NCBI GenBank assembly: GCA_020137815.1
Contig: CM035351.1
Span: 8,866,001-8,930,000 of the forward strand
Source: Hormiphora californensis
Taxonomy: Eukaryota > Animalia > Ctenophora
DNA: 64,000 nucleotides
Direction of reading: 5' to 3'
Shown here: positions 26,689 through 38,780 of the stretch, one piece after another
Layout: each line of letters opens with the position of its first letter
Numbering within the stretch: the first letter of the stretch is position 1
Made by a program: the position numbers and the translations under genes
Notes under the pieces: generated by a model
The model's database searches: none
The model's input: the letters and a program-made list of their open reading frames with translations, nothing else
Told to the model about the DNA's origin: nothing

Positions 26689-28428
26689 TCACTCATCCAA
26701 TTTAAAATCAGGATCCTCCTCCTCATCCTCCTGTTGTTTTCTCTTCCTCTTCTTGCCGCTACCATCATCACCATCCAGAATCATCAACAACCCACTGCCC
26801 TTCAACCTAGCACTCTGCAACTTCTTCAACAAATCCACCTTCACATCACATTTCTCATCATACTTGAGCCCATAACTAGCAGCAACACACTGCAGCTCAT
26901 CCCTCGTCATTGCATCCATGTTCTGTGGTAAATCCTCCTCATCAACCTTGTGTATGGGAGTGATATCATGCAACCCTGACCCAGCCTCCTCCCCACCAGC
27001 TGTTATAGCTCTCCGCTCCATGCTCCTGATCACCTGACCTAGCCGGGATATTAGGACATGTTTAGGTCCCTCCGTTTCAAGGCCATGTTTCTTGCACTCC
27101 TTCACCAGGGTACCCTCACCTAACATCCATAGTTGTCCCACCTGCCTTCCATTGTACTCCCACGTTTTGTAAGCCTGGGTTTCCTCTTGGGTCTCTACTG
27201 CCTTAGTTTTAGCGTCCTTACTGGCCCTCTCTTTGGCTTGTTTAGCCTTGTAAACACTATGTGCCTTCTCATCATTACACCCTGCAAGATGCTCCTTCGC
27301 ATCCTCCGATTTGAGGCCCCTCTCGATCTCCCAGCCACACCTTGGGCATGTGTCCAATAACAACAACGCAAACAACTGCTCCTTCACTCGATCTTCATTG
27401 CTGACATTACCAACTCTCTTCTCCGCTCGAGCACCCCGCCGTCTCTGCTGGGCACGTTTCCGGGCTATAGCTTCATTTTCCTCCTTCACCTCCTGCCTCA
27501 CCTCTCGCTCCCTTCTCTCACTAACCTTGAACATCCAAAACCCGAATTCCTTCTCACATTTCCCATTTCCACAGGTTATCTTTCGGTGGTAATCGTCCGG
27601 GTCATACTCAAAGCTCTTCCTGCAATGAGGACAAGAGTGTTTCGCAGTCATACATCCAAACTTTAGAAAACAACCCCCACAAATGTACTGTTTGATTCCC
27701 TGCATCAGGAAATTGTAGGCGGCCTCTTCCAGCCCCTGACTGTTAGTCTCCCACCTATCTCCACAGCGAGGGCAGCAGATTGAAGTAACTCGACATCCCT
27801 TATTGTCTCGAGTAAATCGCTCTGTTTTACGTCGTTTTCTGGTCCCCGCCTCATCATCATCTTGATCATCTTCATCAAACTTTTCAGGGTTTGCTAACCG
27901 CTCAAAAGCCTCCAGAACAACTTGGAAGGCCTTCTTGGATGTTACAGAGTTCGCATTCTTGTCGGGATGCACCTTAGAGCTGAGCAGGAAATATGCTTTT
28001 CGAAGTTCTGCTTTGCCTGATGTTGCCTTGACAATCTTGCCGCTAAGTGACAGAACAAAGGCAAAGTCGCCTTCATTTTCAAGAATGGCGTTCATTAGAT
28101 CTTCACGGTTGTCTGCAGGCTGTCCACCAGAATCTTTCTCCTCAACAGATCCTGATGAGGAGCTTTTAGCTGATTTTGTAAAGTGTATGGCAAGCCGCTT
28201 CTGAAGTTCCCCTTTGTCTCCTACAGGAGAGAGACCGGCATCACACAGCGCCTTCCTGATCTCTGCTGGTTTCATTCCCTTCACTTTTAGACCGACATCA
28301 GTGTTGAGGCAGGGGACGTTTTCCCATGGAACCTTTCTGTGGCAGTTATCTGTACACATGATTTTGGCCTTGAAACAGGGGCACCCACTGGCACATGGTT
28401 TGCTGTCGCATCGACACGGTTTTGACAT
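26689..28428 (-). CDS. Intronless 579-aa J-domain protein: Cys cluster, SAP-like, J(HPD), CxxC zinc ribbons, coiled coil, ZnF, two SAP-like motifs
   Basis: CRCDSKPCASGCPCFKAKIMCTDNCH (CXC-like); MKPAEIRKALCDAGLSPVGDKGELQKRL (SAP); ELRKAYFLLSSKVHPDKN..AFQVVLEAFERL (J domain); CPRC/CGGC/CPHC/CGNGKC; LVKECKKHGLETEGPKHVLISRL. Confidence 0.85.
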   Translation of the reverse strand: MSKPCRCDSKPCASGCPCFKAKIMCTDNCHRKVPWENVPCLNTDVGLKVKGMKPAEIRKALCDAGLSPVGDKGELQKRLAIHFTKSAKSSSSGSVEEKDSGGQPADNREDLMNAILENEGDFAFVLSLSGKIVKATSGKAELRKAYFLLSSKVHPDKNANSVTSKKAFQVVLEAFERLANPEKFDEDDQDDDEAGTRKRRKTERFTRDNKGCRVTSICCPRCGDRWETNSQGLEEAAYNFLMQGIKQYICGGCFLKFGCMTAKHSCPHCRKSFEYDPDDYHRKITCGNGKCEKEFGFWMFKVSERREREVRQEVKEENEAIARKRAQQRRRGARAEKRVGNVSNEDRVKEQLFALLLLDTCPRCGWEIERGLKSEDAKEHLAGCNDEKAHSVYKAKQAKERASKDAKTKAVETQEETQAYKTWEYNGRQVGQLWMLGEGTLVKECKKHGLETEGPKHVLISRLGQVIRSMERRAITAGGEEAGSGLHDITPIHKVDEEDLPQNMDAMTRDELQCVAASYGLKYDEKCDVKVDLLKKLQSARLKGSGLLMILDGDDGSGKKRKRKQQEDEEEDPDFKLDE

Positions 28429-29569
28429 TCTGAAAAAAATTTGGCTTTAAAAAGGTTTTACAACAAGAATTATTGCATTATGTATTCATAATGCGGTGTT
28501 TCCCTGCCCTCCGTCGACAGGATCAGTATCACACTATCAGTATCACAATATCAAGGCTTGGTCACAATGTGAGATGCATGCGTCCTGTATGTATATGCAG
28601 TTACACAGCTGTTTTACTCTACCCTCACCCCTTCAGCAACAGTGTTGTGAGCGCCGCGCACAGCTTTGAAAAATAAGCGTCCTGACATCATATTTCATCA
28701 AAACAGTTATTTGATTTTATGAAGGAGCAGTTACTATGCTGCTACCGTGACACACGCGATTTTGACCACGCTCGAGTTACTATTTCAAATCCGAGATTTC
28801 TAAACCCTTTATGATCTTTTTAGCACACGTGCTAAAACGATCATCCGGGTGGATGCCCTTCGGGCATCCACCCGGGCAGGGAAAAAATCAGGTAAAGCAT
28901 AAATCAATATGGGTCGTTCTGACATTGAATCTCTAAATATCTAAATGATCCATTGATGAGAGCACTGAGCAGGAGATCCACAACCTTGGCAAACGCTGCG
29001 CGGGATAAGATTGGCAAACGTTGCTGGCCCCCGGGATAAGGCAGCGCTTTTCAAGGGATAAGGCAGCGCTTTTCAAGCGCTTTTCAATCCACAACCAAGA
29101 ATTTGAGGAATTTTCAAATTTTTTTTTTTTTTTCGAAAATTCACTAACCCCAACACCGATTGGCATCACTTTCCAACAGCCGAAGAGAAGCTGCCGAAGA
29201 GAGAAAGGGGGTAACCGTATGAAGAGTTAATCGCGATGAGTCTCATTCACATTGGGTTCGATCATTTGCCCCCGGTGTTGGGGAATTTTCCCCCGGTGTT
29301 GGGGAATTTTCAAAACGTTTTTCTTACGTGGGAAAGTGGACTCAACGGACAACGACACCGGGAAATATATATGTAACACGCGAAAAGTAAAGCCAGTAAG
29401 CGAGGCATTTTTATGCGCGGCGCGATTCGACTCAGCTCAGCTCGAGTCGACTCGACTCGCGACCTCCGGTCTTTTTTTGACAAAACGTTCTCAACTTGTC
29501 CTGTGTCCCGTTTTTCCTTCTTTTTTCAACTTTACTTTTCTCCTAACCGATCGTTGCTAAAAGCCTTTG

Positions 29570-31230
29570 ATCAATCAATCAATCAATCAATCAAAAACTG
29601 CCGCTGGCAGTGGCATTGCGCCGAAATAAACATATAATATCAAGCAAACCAACCACACAGACCAAACTGAGTGAGGATTCAGGGTGGCGTAACAGGGTCG
29701 TCAGCACGAAGACGGTTAGGTCTTATGTGTGCTTTGAACCTGCTACCCCACCCTGGTCCCCACTATGTCTTTACAAAACTGAAAACCAAAACAATAGTAT
29801 AAATCATTAAATAAATCCATATCTAAAACAATAACTTATGCATCACTCTCACTAAATTCTCTCAACACTTCTCACGTTTCACTCTCTACAATAGAACCTT
29901 TTCTAATCCTCCAGACTTTATCAGGTTCATTATCTCTTTTCTCTCTCAGTTTAGCAACTAATTCTCGTCTCTCAGTTCTCTCCTCTACTGATCTGTCTGG
30001 TGCAACAAACACTGACTGATACTGGTCTGAGTCCTTCAGAGTCGCTGATTTTCCCAAAATAGTTCTGGCAATTTCTCTGTTCCTCAGCACCACCCGCACT
30101 GGCCGCACTCCCTCACCACCTCTCTTACCAAGTCGTGCCACCTCTGTTAACACTGGCGCCTCAGACAACTGTTCAAATAGTTCCTTTACTAAAGTACTGT
30201 CACTTTGCTGGTCACTCTCTGCGAGACCATATACCATCAAGTTGCTACTACGATCAACTGAAGCACTGGCAATTGCTGTTCGGAGTTTACTGGGAGCAAG
30301 GGCAGTTACGCAGGTCTGGTTTACAGCAGTAGCAGCTGTCTGAAGAACAGCAGAGTAGTTCTGGATCTCGTCTTTAACAACTGTCTGTACAGCAGTCACA
30401 CTCTTCTCTAGCATGGTGTCCTTCATGGATATTATAGAGTCTTTTAGGGCACTGATCTCTGATTGCAGTTCAATGATCTTGGAGTCACGTTCTAATACCA
30501 AATCTGTAGCACTGTCAAGGCGGTCACGGGTGTGGTCCAGATGCTCCATAAGCTTCTCTACCGTTTCTTTCGATTCATTACTGCACACAGAACTATTCTG
30601 TTTCGCTCTCGTGTCAGCTGATAACAACTCCTTCCTAGCTAATCGACTAAGAGGAAGTGCACGAAACCAAAGCAAACCAGCCATGTCAGAAAGAAGCTGT
30701 ACTTTCTTGTTCGTGTCTAGACTTGAGAGGTATTTGCTGGTCAACTTATTCGGATCAAACTCACCGCCTTCCTTGTTAGGGTCAGGGTACCCAGCAACTC
30801 GCCTCAATGTAGATAAGATAGACGTCTCCAGCTTACTGTAATCAGAAGTCATACCATAAGGACGGTTGCCCGGACCGCCCTGTTGCCAGGTAGTGAAGGC
30901 ACGATCCAACTTGGAGGCCATGTTCGTACGCGTGTACAACGGTGCAAGATCAAAGATACATGGATGGTTCATGGTGCTGGGTCCCTAGGAGCGGCAGCTC
31001 CGGTCACGGGTGTGGTGACAAACAAGTTGGGCCAGATCTTAGGGACGCAGGTCGCAGATACGGTGGGGGTGTCCGCTGGCGCTGTCTGTAGTGTGCGGAT
31101 CCCCCAGGCTGCAGGGTTGAGGGGCTGCAAGTTTAATAAAGCCATACACTCGATAATATTCCGTTACCCAATGCCTTCCGTACACCGCTCACAATTAAAC
31201 CGGTCACACTTCACCTGCCGATTAATTGGT
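29570..31230 (-). mobile_element. ORF1-only non-autonomous LINE derivative (L2/CR1 group)
   Basis: Intact ORF1-like ORF, about 280 bp of 3' UTR, a stem-loop actgcc-agc-ggcagt and a (TTGA)n tail at about 29570-29594. No endonuclease or RT between ORF and tail. 5' end approximate. Confidence 0.7.
29872..30972 (-). CDS. LINE ORF1-like protein (coiled coil plus RRM-like/CTD)
   Basis: NLMVYGLAE...RLGK...RPVRVVL...LK...SVFVAPDRSVEER..RRELV is the typical CR1/L2 ORF1 C-terminal signature. Confidence 0.8.
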   Translation of the reverse strand: MNHPCIFDLAPLYTRTNMASKLDRAFTTWQQGGPGNRPYGMTSDYSKLETSILSTLRRVAGYPDPNKEGGEFDPNKLTSKYLSSLDTNKKVQLLSDMAGLLWFRALPLSRLARKELLSADTRAKQNSSVCSNESKETVEKLMEHLDHTRDRLDSATDLVLERDSKIIELQSEISALKDSIISMKDTMLEKSVTAVQTVVKDEIQNYSAVLQTAATAVNQTCVTALAPSKLRTAIASASVDRSSNLMVYGLAESDQQSDSTLVKELFEQLSEAPVLTEVARLGKRGGEGVRPVRVVLRNREIARTILGKSATLKDSDQYQSVFVAPDRSVEERTERRELVAKLREKRDNEPDKVWRIRKGSIVESET

Positions 31231-31317
31231 CAAGAAGAGGATTACATTTTACAATTTTACGCTTTCAACCTTTATATAAGAATTTACCTTGCTTTTATTT
31301 TGTCTTTTTCCAACTAG

Positions 31318-32432
31318 GCACTATTGAGGAGAAAATTCATCAGAAGCTCCTCCCGGCGATAACCGGTCAGCCAGTTGTAAATGAAACCTTGAGATTGGTT
31401 GCAGCCCTCCCTGTAAGATTCGGAGGACTAGGAGTAGACAACCCTCAAATATCATCAGACTCAGACTACAGTTTCTCAAAGTTTGTTACTGAAGAGCTCT
31501 CAGTTGCAGTCCTGGCTCAACAGGAAACATTCAAAATCAACCAAAAGGAACGAGCAGAGAAGAAAACCCTCATCCACCGAACCAAGAACGATATTCATCA
31601 GAAGAAAATCGACGAGATCAAAAACATGATGACTACAGCTGAAATCAGAAACCTGGACCTACTCATGGAAAAGGGGGCCTCATCCTGGTTAACATGTCTC
31701 CCTCTCCAATCTTTGAACTTCACCCTCAACAGACAGGAGTGGCACGACGCCATGTCAGCCCGTTATAACCTGCCTCTCGTCGGACAGGCCTTACCTCAGC
31801 ATTGTGCATGTGGGGAAGAAAACACCATCGATCACCTCATATCCTGTAAACTCGGAGGTTTTGTATGTTTCCGACACAACAACGTGAGAGATTTCATTGG
31901 CCACGAACTGAATAAAGTATGTGTCGACACTAAGATCGAACCCCATCTCCTAAATGTTAGAGGGGTGAATCTTCCGGCTGGCACTATAACAGCCGATGGC
32001 GCCAGACTTGACATCAGTAGTCGCGGCTTTTGGTCGGATATGGACAATATCTATTTCGATGTAAGGATTTTCAATCCAAGGATATCGTCCAATTCAAACC
32101 AGACCATCGCCAAAACATATGAAAAACACGAGAGAGAGAAGAAAACATCCTACCTCCACCGTGTCCTAGAGGTGGAAAAGTCAACATTCACACCACTGGT
32201 CATGTCAACTACAGGGGGCCTTGGAAGGGAATTTAATAAGACTTTGAAACAATTGGCTGAGAAGAAGGCGACTAAAACAGGATATTCATACGATCAGTGT
32301 ATCCGGTACCTGAGGCTAAGGTTGTCATTTGCCATGGTCCGCTCCGTCACCATTTCCATCAGGGGGCACCGCGGACGACTGAGGGCAGAAGGCAGCAGCG
32401 GTCGGGATGACAGTATCTACCAAATAGACTAA
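31318..32432 (+). mobile_element. 5'-truncated CRE-type non-LTR retrotransposon (thumb, CCHC, restriction-like endonuclease)
   Basis: LPVRFGGLG, GASSWL, CACG..DHLISCKLGG..RHNNVRD, ARLDISSRGFW, FDVR, HEREKK..Y, TFTPLVMSTTGG. Confidence 0.85.
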
Positions 32433-33080
32433 ATCTTTTATTTATATAATTTATTGACCCCGTTTGTTTAATTTATTATTGACATTGTAAGTGTGTGTAC
32501 CACTATTTATATTCAAGGCCAATATCGGCCGACCCCCCCCCCCCCCCGCTCAAAACATTTTCCTTCTTTTTTTTTTCCAATTATCAAACTCAGTAACACT
32601 GCAAGTTCACTGCCCTAGAGAGATTTGCATTTTGTCGAGTACTAACAAGTTGTCAGTAGCAACTCATTAGTCTAATGCCCAGCACATATGAGTCACTGAC
32701 ATGCACCTGCTGTGTACCAACGGTTCGACTCTTTCTCTCTCCTTCTCTTGTTGATATTTCTAAACCCAAGTTGCTGTATTGCTTTTCTTGTCATGTGTCC
32801 GGCATTTGTCTTATGTTACTCTTCCACTCTTCCACTCTCTCGCTCTTCCACTCTCTCGCTCTCCCCCGTTCTCCCTCTATTTCTTTCTTTCTCTCGCACC
32901 CATCTTTCTCTCCCCCTCTCTGTCTATCTCCCCTCTCTCTTACTCTCTCTCTTGAATCTTGATCCCCTTATGACGTCACCCTCACTTGTGATATTACTCA
33001 CGACTCATAGTGCATGTCGCTGCTCCTGCAGCACAATGACGAGTTGCAATAAAAGTATTTCCCGGTGTTCTTCCCTACAG

Positions 33081-36000
33081 CATGATATGGGCAGAATTAA
33101 AAAGCTCAACGGAGAGATAAATGAAAAGATCCTAGGAAAGCTGCCCAAAGTTAGATCCAACCTGGAGGACCTGCAATTTGACGAGGACTCTATTGATGGA
33201 ATATCCATCCTATCTTTTAACACATACGATGATCTGAAGGTAGGAAATGGAGTGAAAGTGTGTCATGGCTAGAGAGAGAGATTGAGATAGTGAGGGAGAG
33301 ATTTGAGAATGAGGTGAGCAAACAATGAGAATATATATACGAGAGAGGGGTAGTGGGGAGAGACAAGGAAGTAAGCGGTACAAGAGTAAACCACCCACCA
33401 AGAAAGAGAGAGAGAGAAATAAATATGCAGAAAGAGAGAGGGGGAGTAATAAGCATGTCGCGGTTAATTTGATTTAACTTCCTACTACAGGAGTATTACC
33501 CGATTGAACAAATAGAGCCTGAACACCTGAAAGAAGAACCTAAGAAAGATCCTGCTAAAAGGAGGCGACGAGATAAGGTACTTCTTTGTGCTGTTGCAAT
33601 ACAAGTACTTCTCTAAAGATATATATTTAAATAATTGATACATTTATAATGCATTTATGTTTTGACGATCTCTTTATCTCTTCTCTTTATACAATTTTGA
33701 TGTGTCTCTTTTGTCCCAATTCTTTATCTCTTTCTCTTGTTCTCTCCGCTGATTCACATCATTCGCTTACACCTGGCAACCATTGCAGTGTGCGGACAAG
33801 GGAGCTTCAAAACCGAAAGTAAAACGTAAACCTACTCTCAAGCAACAGGTAAGAATATTTTCCGAATATTTGCACCCAATGGCCCTCTTTCTCAACACTC
33901 CTGAATACATTCTCATTATTCCGTTGCGGCGAATATAACGATGTCACCCCTCTAGCTAGCCATTCTCCCCCTTCTGTCTGCTAAATTTCTCCCTTTCGAA
34001 TCTATCTAAGGGATCTTCCCTCCTTCTGCTGTAGCCCCCATTTCTCCCCTCCTCTCCCTATCTATTTAGGGAAGCTTGAGTCAGTTTGATAAGAGTGAGG
34101 TAGGTGCACGAATTGCAACCCTGTCACTGTGTGTGTTTTAATTGTTGGGTCTTGTTGTGATCAGATCATGCAATGGAAGGGATCAGGAACCGACCGAATC
34201 AGGAAATACTGGTCCCTGATTGGCTGATAACCAGTCACGTGACCTAAATAACGAGTTCTGATTGGTTGTTTACTTGTGTCGGTCGGTTCCTGGGAGGGAT
34301 GATGTGCTGTGTTAATACATGTGTCTGCCGCTCTCTTTCACCACCACGTTTTACACGCCGCTTTTACCCGTGGATGCTATATAACAGTACTTAATAAGTC
34401 CCCCCACCTCCCGTGCCAGCTCACTAATAAAGTATATAACTCTTTCAGAGCGAGACAGATGAAGTTAAAAACATCCTTGTTAAGGTGGGTGTTTTTAGTG
34501 TCAACCTGCATGCGAGATGGGAGGGAGAGAGACAGATAAAAATAGAGGGACAGAGAGAGAGAGTGATGATAGGAGTAGATTGATTGTAATACGTAGAGTA
34601 AGGAGCGTGAAAGAAGGGTGGCAGAGAGAAAGAGAGAGAGAAAGAAATAGAAGGGTGGCACAGAGAAGAAGTCTACCTACATCTGATGAGGCCCGTGCCG
34701 AGTGATGTAAACACCACCACCCTATCTCCCTCCTCTCGTGTTACTGAAATTAATATGCCCCCGCCGTAGGGCTGTTCCGCAATTTCGGTAATTTACCGCT
34801 CTATCTGGATTAAGTTTCCCCCAATCTGCAGGATTCAGAGAGTCCCACGGTATCTCCCCCGGTACCTGGATCTAATGTATCAGTGGTTGCCCCCGCCGCC
34901 AATACCACCACGCCAATCACTTCTACTACCACCACGACCACCATTAAGGTAAACTCTGATGAATTCTTGCTGACACTTGTCACTTCCCTGCCTTCTACTT
35001 GGTATGAATATAGGGGACTTTATTATTGAGAAATATACCCTGTCTTTTAAAATGCTTTTAATCTCCTATTTAATTTAAAATGTCTTTCGCTACATCCCCG
35101 TGTCTTCTCTGTGATGTCCTCTTCTCTCTCTGTGTTAGTACAGTCGGACCCCGATTTAGGGGCCCCCGATTTAGTGGACACCCCGATTTAGTGGACAAGA
35201 GCCTTTCCCCCGAGGGTGTCCCTAAATCGGGGTCCGACTGTATACTTCTGCAATTTGTCAGTTATTTTACCCCGACTAGCGGTTTCTAGTTCCCACGTCT
35301 CTCACCATCAACGATTTAGCGTTATTCCTTCCCTCACTTTTCCCCCTTTTTACAGTCGGAGGGATCAAGTACCAGTCACCAGACGAGTATAGCAGTTGTA
35401 TCTCCAGCTGTGAGTGCTCCTGCACCTCCCACCTCCATGCCGGCCACCCCTACAGCATCCTCCTTCTCGGCTCCATTGGCACCCCCTCCTGGGGTTGCTG
35501 CTGGGGTTGCCATGGCTACCAGCCCCATATACCAACCACCCCGGTCCAGTGTTCCCCACCAGCTCCTACATCGCCACCCCCACCACCCCCACATGCCTAT
35601 AATGACAGGGGCACGAGGCAATGCAAACCAACTCTTCCAGCATCTCTCCAACCTACACCACCAGCAACAACACAGGCACCCCATCGCGGCACCCCGGCTT
35701 CCCCCTCACTCTTTAGGTATGTACAATGTATTTACAGTACACCCCGCAGTTCTCTCAATATTGGGTAGAATATTCTTTGGCCATGACTCACAGGACATGT
35801 AACTCCATTGGTTACAGCATGTTACCCTTGGTTACCTCTATTGTGTTACAGGTGACCGGTTACCCTTGGTTAACCTCTCTCTATTGTGTTACCTTGGTTA
35901 CCCTTGGTTAACCCCTCTCTATTGTGTTACAGGTGACCGGTTACCCTTGTCTGAAATGAAGATGAGTCCCGGATTCGACCCCCGGTTATTGCTGCAACAT

Positions 36001-36510
36001 GGTAATTAAATTAGGGGGTGAAACACGGGGTGAACCACATAGCACTTCACGGGCTGGGATAGACACTCATTGTATTACAATTGAATTATTAGGAAAGGCG
36101 CTAGGTTAAGTAGTTTAAAATATACTGGGAAGATGCAAATCTGAAGGCCACCCACCGTGCAGTGAGACAGCGATCAGACAGGGTTATTTAGTTGAGAGCT
36201 AGAGAGAGAGAGATGTGTGTGTGTCACATTGTAACTGGGAGCAGAACAACTTTATGGGGGGTTTTGGCAGAAACGTTTTGAGGATTTAGATAGCTGGGAG
36301 AATTGGGATTTATACAAAGCCTGTCAAGTGTATTAGAATAGACAATATATTATAATATGTAACATCCCTCCCCAGTAAATGTGCACATGTTAAAATTCCC
36401 ACGTTTTCACATTCTATTCTATTCATATTCCCTCTCGCAACAGGTGGCCGAATGCCGACAGCTGCGGATATTAATCGACTGCGAGAGTACGAGAAGTTAC
36501 TGAGATATCA
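33081..36510 (+). CDS. 5' exons of an uncharacterised Lys/Arg-, Pro- and His-rich protein, probably continuous with 46277-47441
   Basis: GT-AG bounded segments at about 33081-33239, 33491-33577, 33789-33848, 34831-34948, 35356-35716, 35933-36001 and 36444-36506. NLS-like KRRRRDK. Exon chain only partly verified. Confidence 0.55.
34184..34292. mobile_element. hAT-like MITE, 109 bp
   Basis: TIR caggaaccgaccga / tcggtcggttcctg; 8-bp TSD gaagggat / ggagggat with one mismatch. Confidence 0.8.
35141..35240. mobile_element. Tc1/mariner-type MITE, same family as 22867-23038
   Basis: TA flanks; cagtcggaccccgatttagg / cctaaatcggggtccgactg. Decayed relatives at about 6414-6452, 9350-9428 and 10422-10460. 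Confidence 0.85.
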
Positions 36511-36805
36511 GCAGAGTCTGGCTGCAAGCCAACAACGACCTTTCTTCTCCCCTCCTTCTTTACAGGTATAACAGCATGACCTATGTGCCAGAGTGTATAA
36601 GTAGGGAGAGTTATATCATCGCTAAACTTTTTCACATATATAATATCACACCACTGTGGGTTAGCAGTCACGGTGTAATTAGGCGGTCTAGATATATGAT
36701 ACATAACTGGGTGTATTATGCATTCTAATAGGGTAATTGCGTTTATATATACAACATGTGTGTATGCAATTTAAGAAGCCACATAACCATCTACAGCCTA
36801 GCTGT

Positions 36806-36896
<91 letters not shown>

Positions 36897-37394
36897 TTTT
36901 TTTTTTTTGGATACTAAGCTGAGGTTTGCCAAAACGGAAACCAGGTGAATTGCACCTGACAACCGAGACACATGCTCCCGCATGGTAAACATCACCCGGA
37001 CCGCCACACCTTACAGACACTTCGGTAGTATTCAATCAGGAATCCGAATATGTGCCAAATGAAAGGGGGGAGCCCACTGTTTTGCAGGGGGTAATGTCTT
37101 TTGGGCCCAGGGGAGTCCTTTGGGGGCCCCTGGAGTCCGTCTTGAAAATGCGTCTGTCGTTTTTGGTTTGAGAAAGAGGGGAGGGGCAGACACCGGGTTG
37201 GACTAGGAAAAGGGGAAGGGGAGTAGGGGACAGGTGGGGATTGGGGGGAAGAGAGGATGAAAAATGGATAAAATCAATATACACATTGAATAAAGAAACA
37301 TCCCGGCTGGTCCTATCATCATATCGACATGCAAGGAGAGAGGAAGGGAGAGGGGAGGAGATATGGTATAGGGTAACTGAAATCTATTACTATA

Positions 37395-38780
37395 TAAATC
37401 GGGCGGGGAAACTGCAGAAAAACTAGGTGTGTTTTTCAATGATAGGTGGGGTAACTGAAAAATAAAAGCGTCCTAGTTATGATTGGCAGGATAACTGCAA
37501 AATGAATGGGTGGTAGTAAAATATAGCAGGTATGCAGAATAAACTGGGTGTACGGGTAAATGAAAAGCAGGGAAACTCGGGATGAACTGGTGGATGGTTT
37601 TACTGTTAACAGGAACTGCAGAATAACAGGTGGACTGGTACAGTGAAGACAGGGTAACTGCAAAAATAACGGGTGAACTGTATGGTAAAATGATGGCGGG
37701 GAAAACTGCAGAATAAACTAGGTGTGATGGTACAAGATGACAGGTCTGCGAATAACTAGGTGTGAGTGGAAAATTTAGGCGAGTAACGCAGAAGAACTAG
37801 GGTGACTGGTTAAATGTGGGCGGGGGAAACTGCAAAATAAACTAGGGGGAGGGGTACAATGAAAACAGGGTCTGCAAATAAACTAGGTGTGACTGGTACT
37901 AAAGGCGAGAAAACGGGCAGAATAACTAGGTTGACTGGTCAATATGGGCAGGGTAATTCAGAGTTCTAGGTGTGAGTGGTACATGAAGGCAGGGTAACTG
38001 CGAATGAACTAGGGTGATGGTACAATAAAGGGCGGGGAACTGCAAAAATGAACTATGTGATAGTACAATATAGAAAAGGGAAACTGCAGAAATAACTAGT
38101 TGTGACGGGTAAAATTAGGCGGGGAAAAGCCGAATGAACTATTTGTGCCTGGTTTTAAATGATACAGGAAAACTCAGAAGAACTGGGTGTGAGGGTACAA
38201 TGATAGACGGGAAACTGCAGAAATGAACTGGCGTGACGGGCCCAAGATAACAGGGTAACTGCAGAAGAACTGGGTGTGAACTGTGAGGGGTACAATGATA
38301 GGCAGGGAAACTGCAGAATGAACTAGGTGTACTGGGTACAAGATAGACGGGTAACGCAAATAAAACTAGGTGGACTGTACATTTAGGAGAGTACTGCAAA
38401 AACGGTGTGCTGATACAATGAAAAAGGGGTAACTGAAAAATAAATAGGTGTCTGGTACAATGATAGGGGGTTAACTGCAAATAAACAGGGTGCGGTACAA
38501 TGATAGGCGAGTAACTGCAGAATAAAAACTAGGTCAAGGTGTGACGGGTACAATGATGGGGGGGGAAATTTTCAGAGAAATCTAGGTGTGATGGTAAATG
38601 AAGGAGGGTAACTGCAAAATGAACTGGGTGTGACAGTACAATGAAGACAGGGTAACTCCCGGAGAACTAGGTTACGGGAAAAATGATAGGCAGGTTTAAC
38701 TGCCGAAGAACTAGTTGTGACTGGAAAAAATTGGCCTAGGCGGAAAACTGCAAAAGAACTAGGGTGATGGTCCAATGTTT
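37395..38780 (+). repeat. Degenerate ~45-bp minisatellite (about 30 copies)
   Basis: Consensus approximately gggtaactgcagaataaactaggtgtgactggtacaatgataggc, with many indels between copies. Confidence 0.85.
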
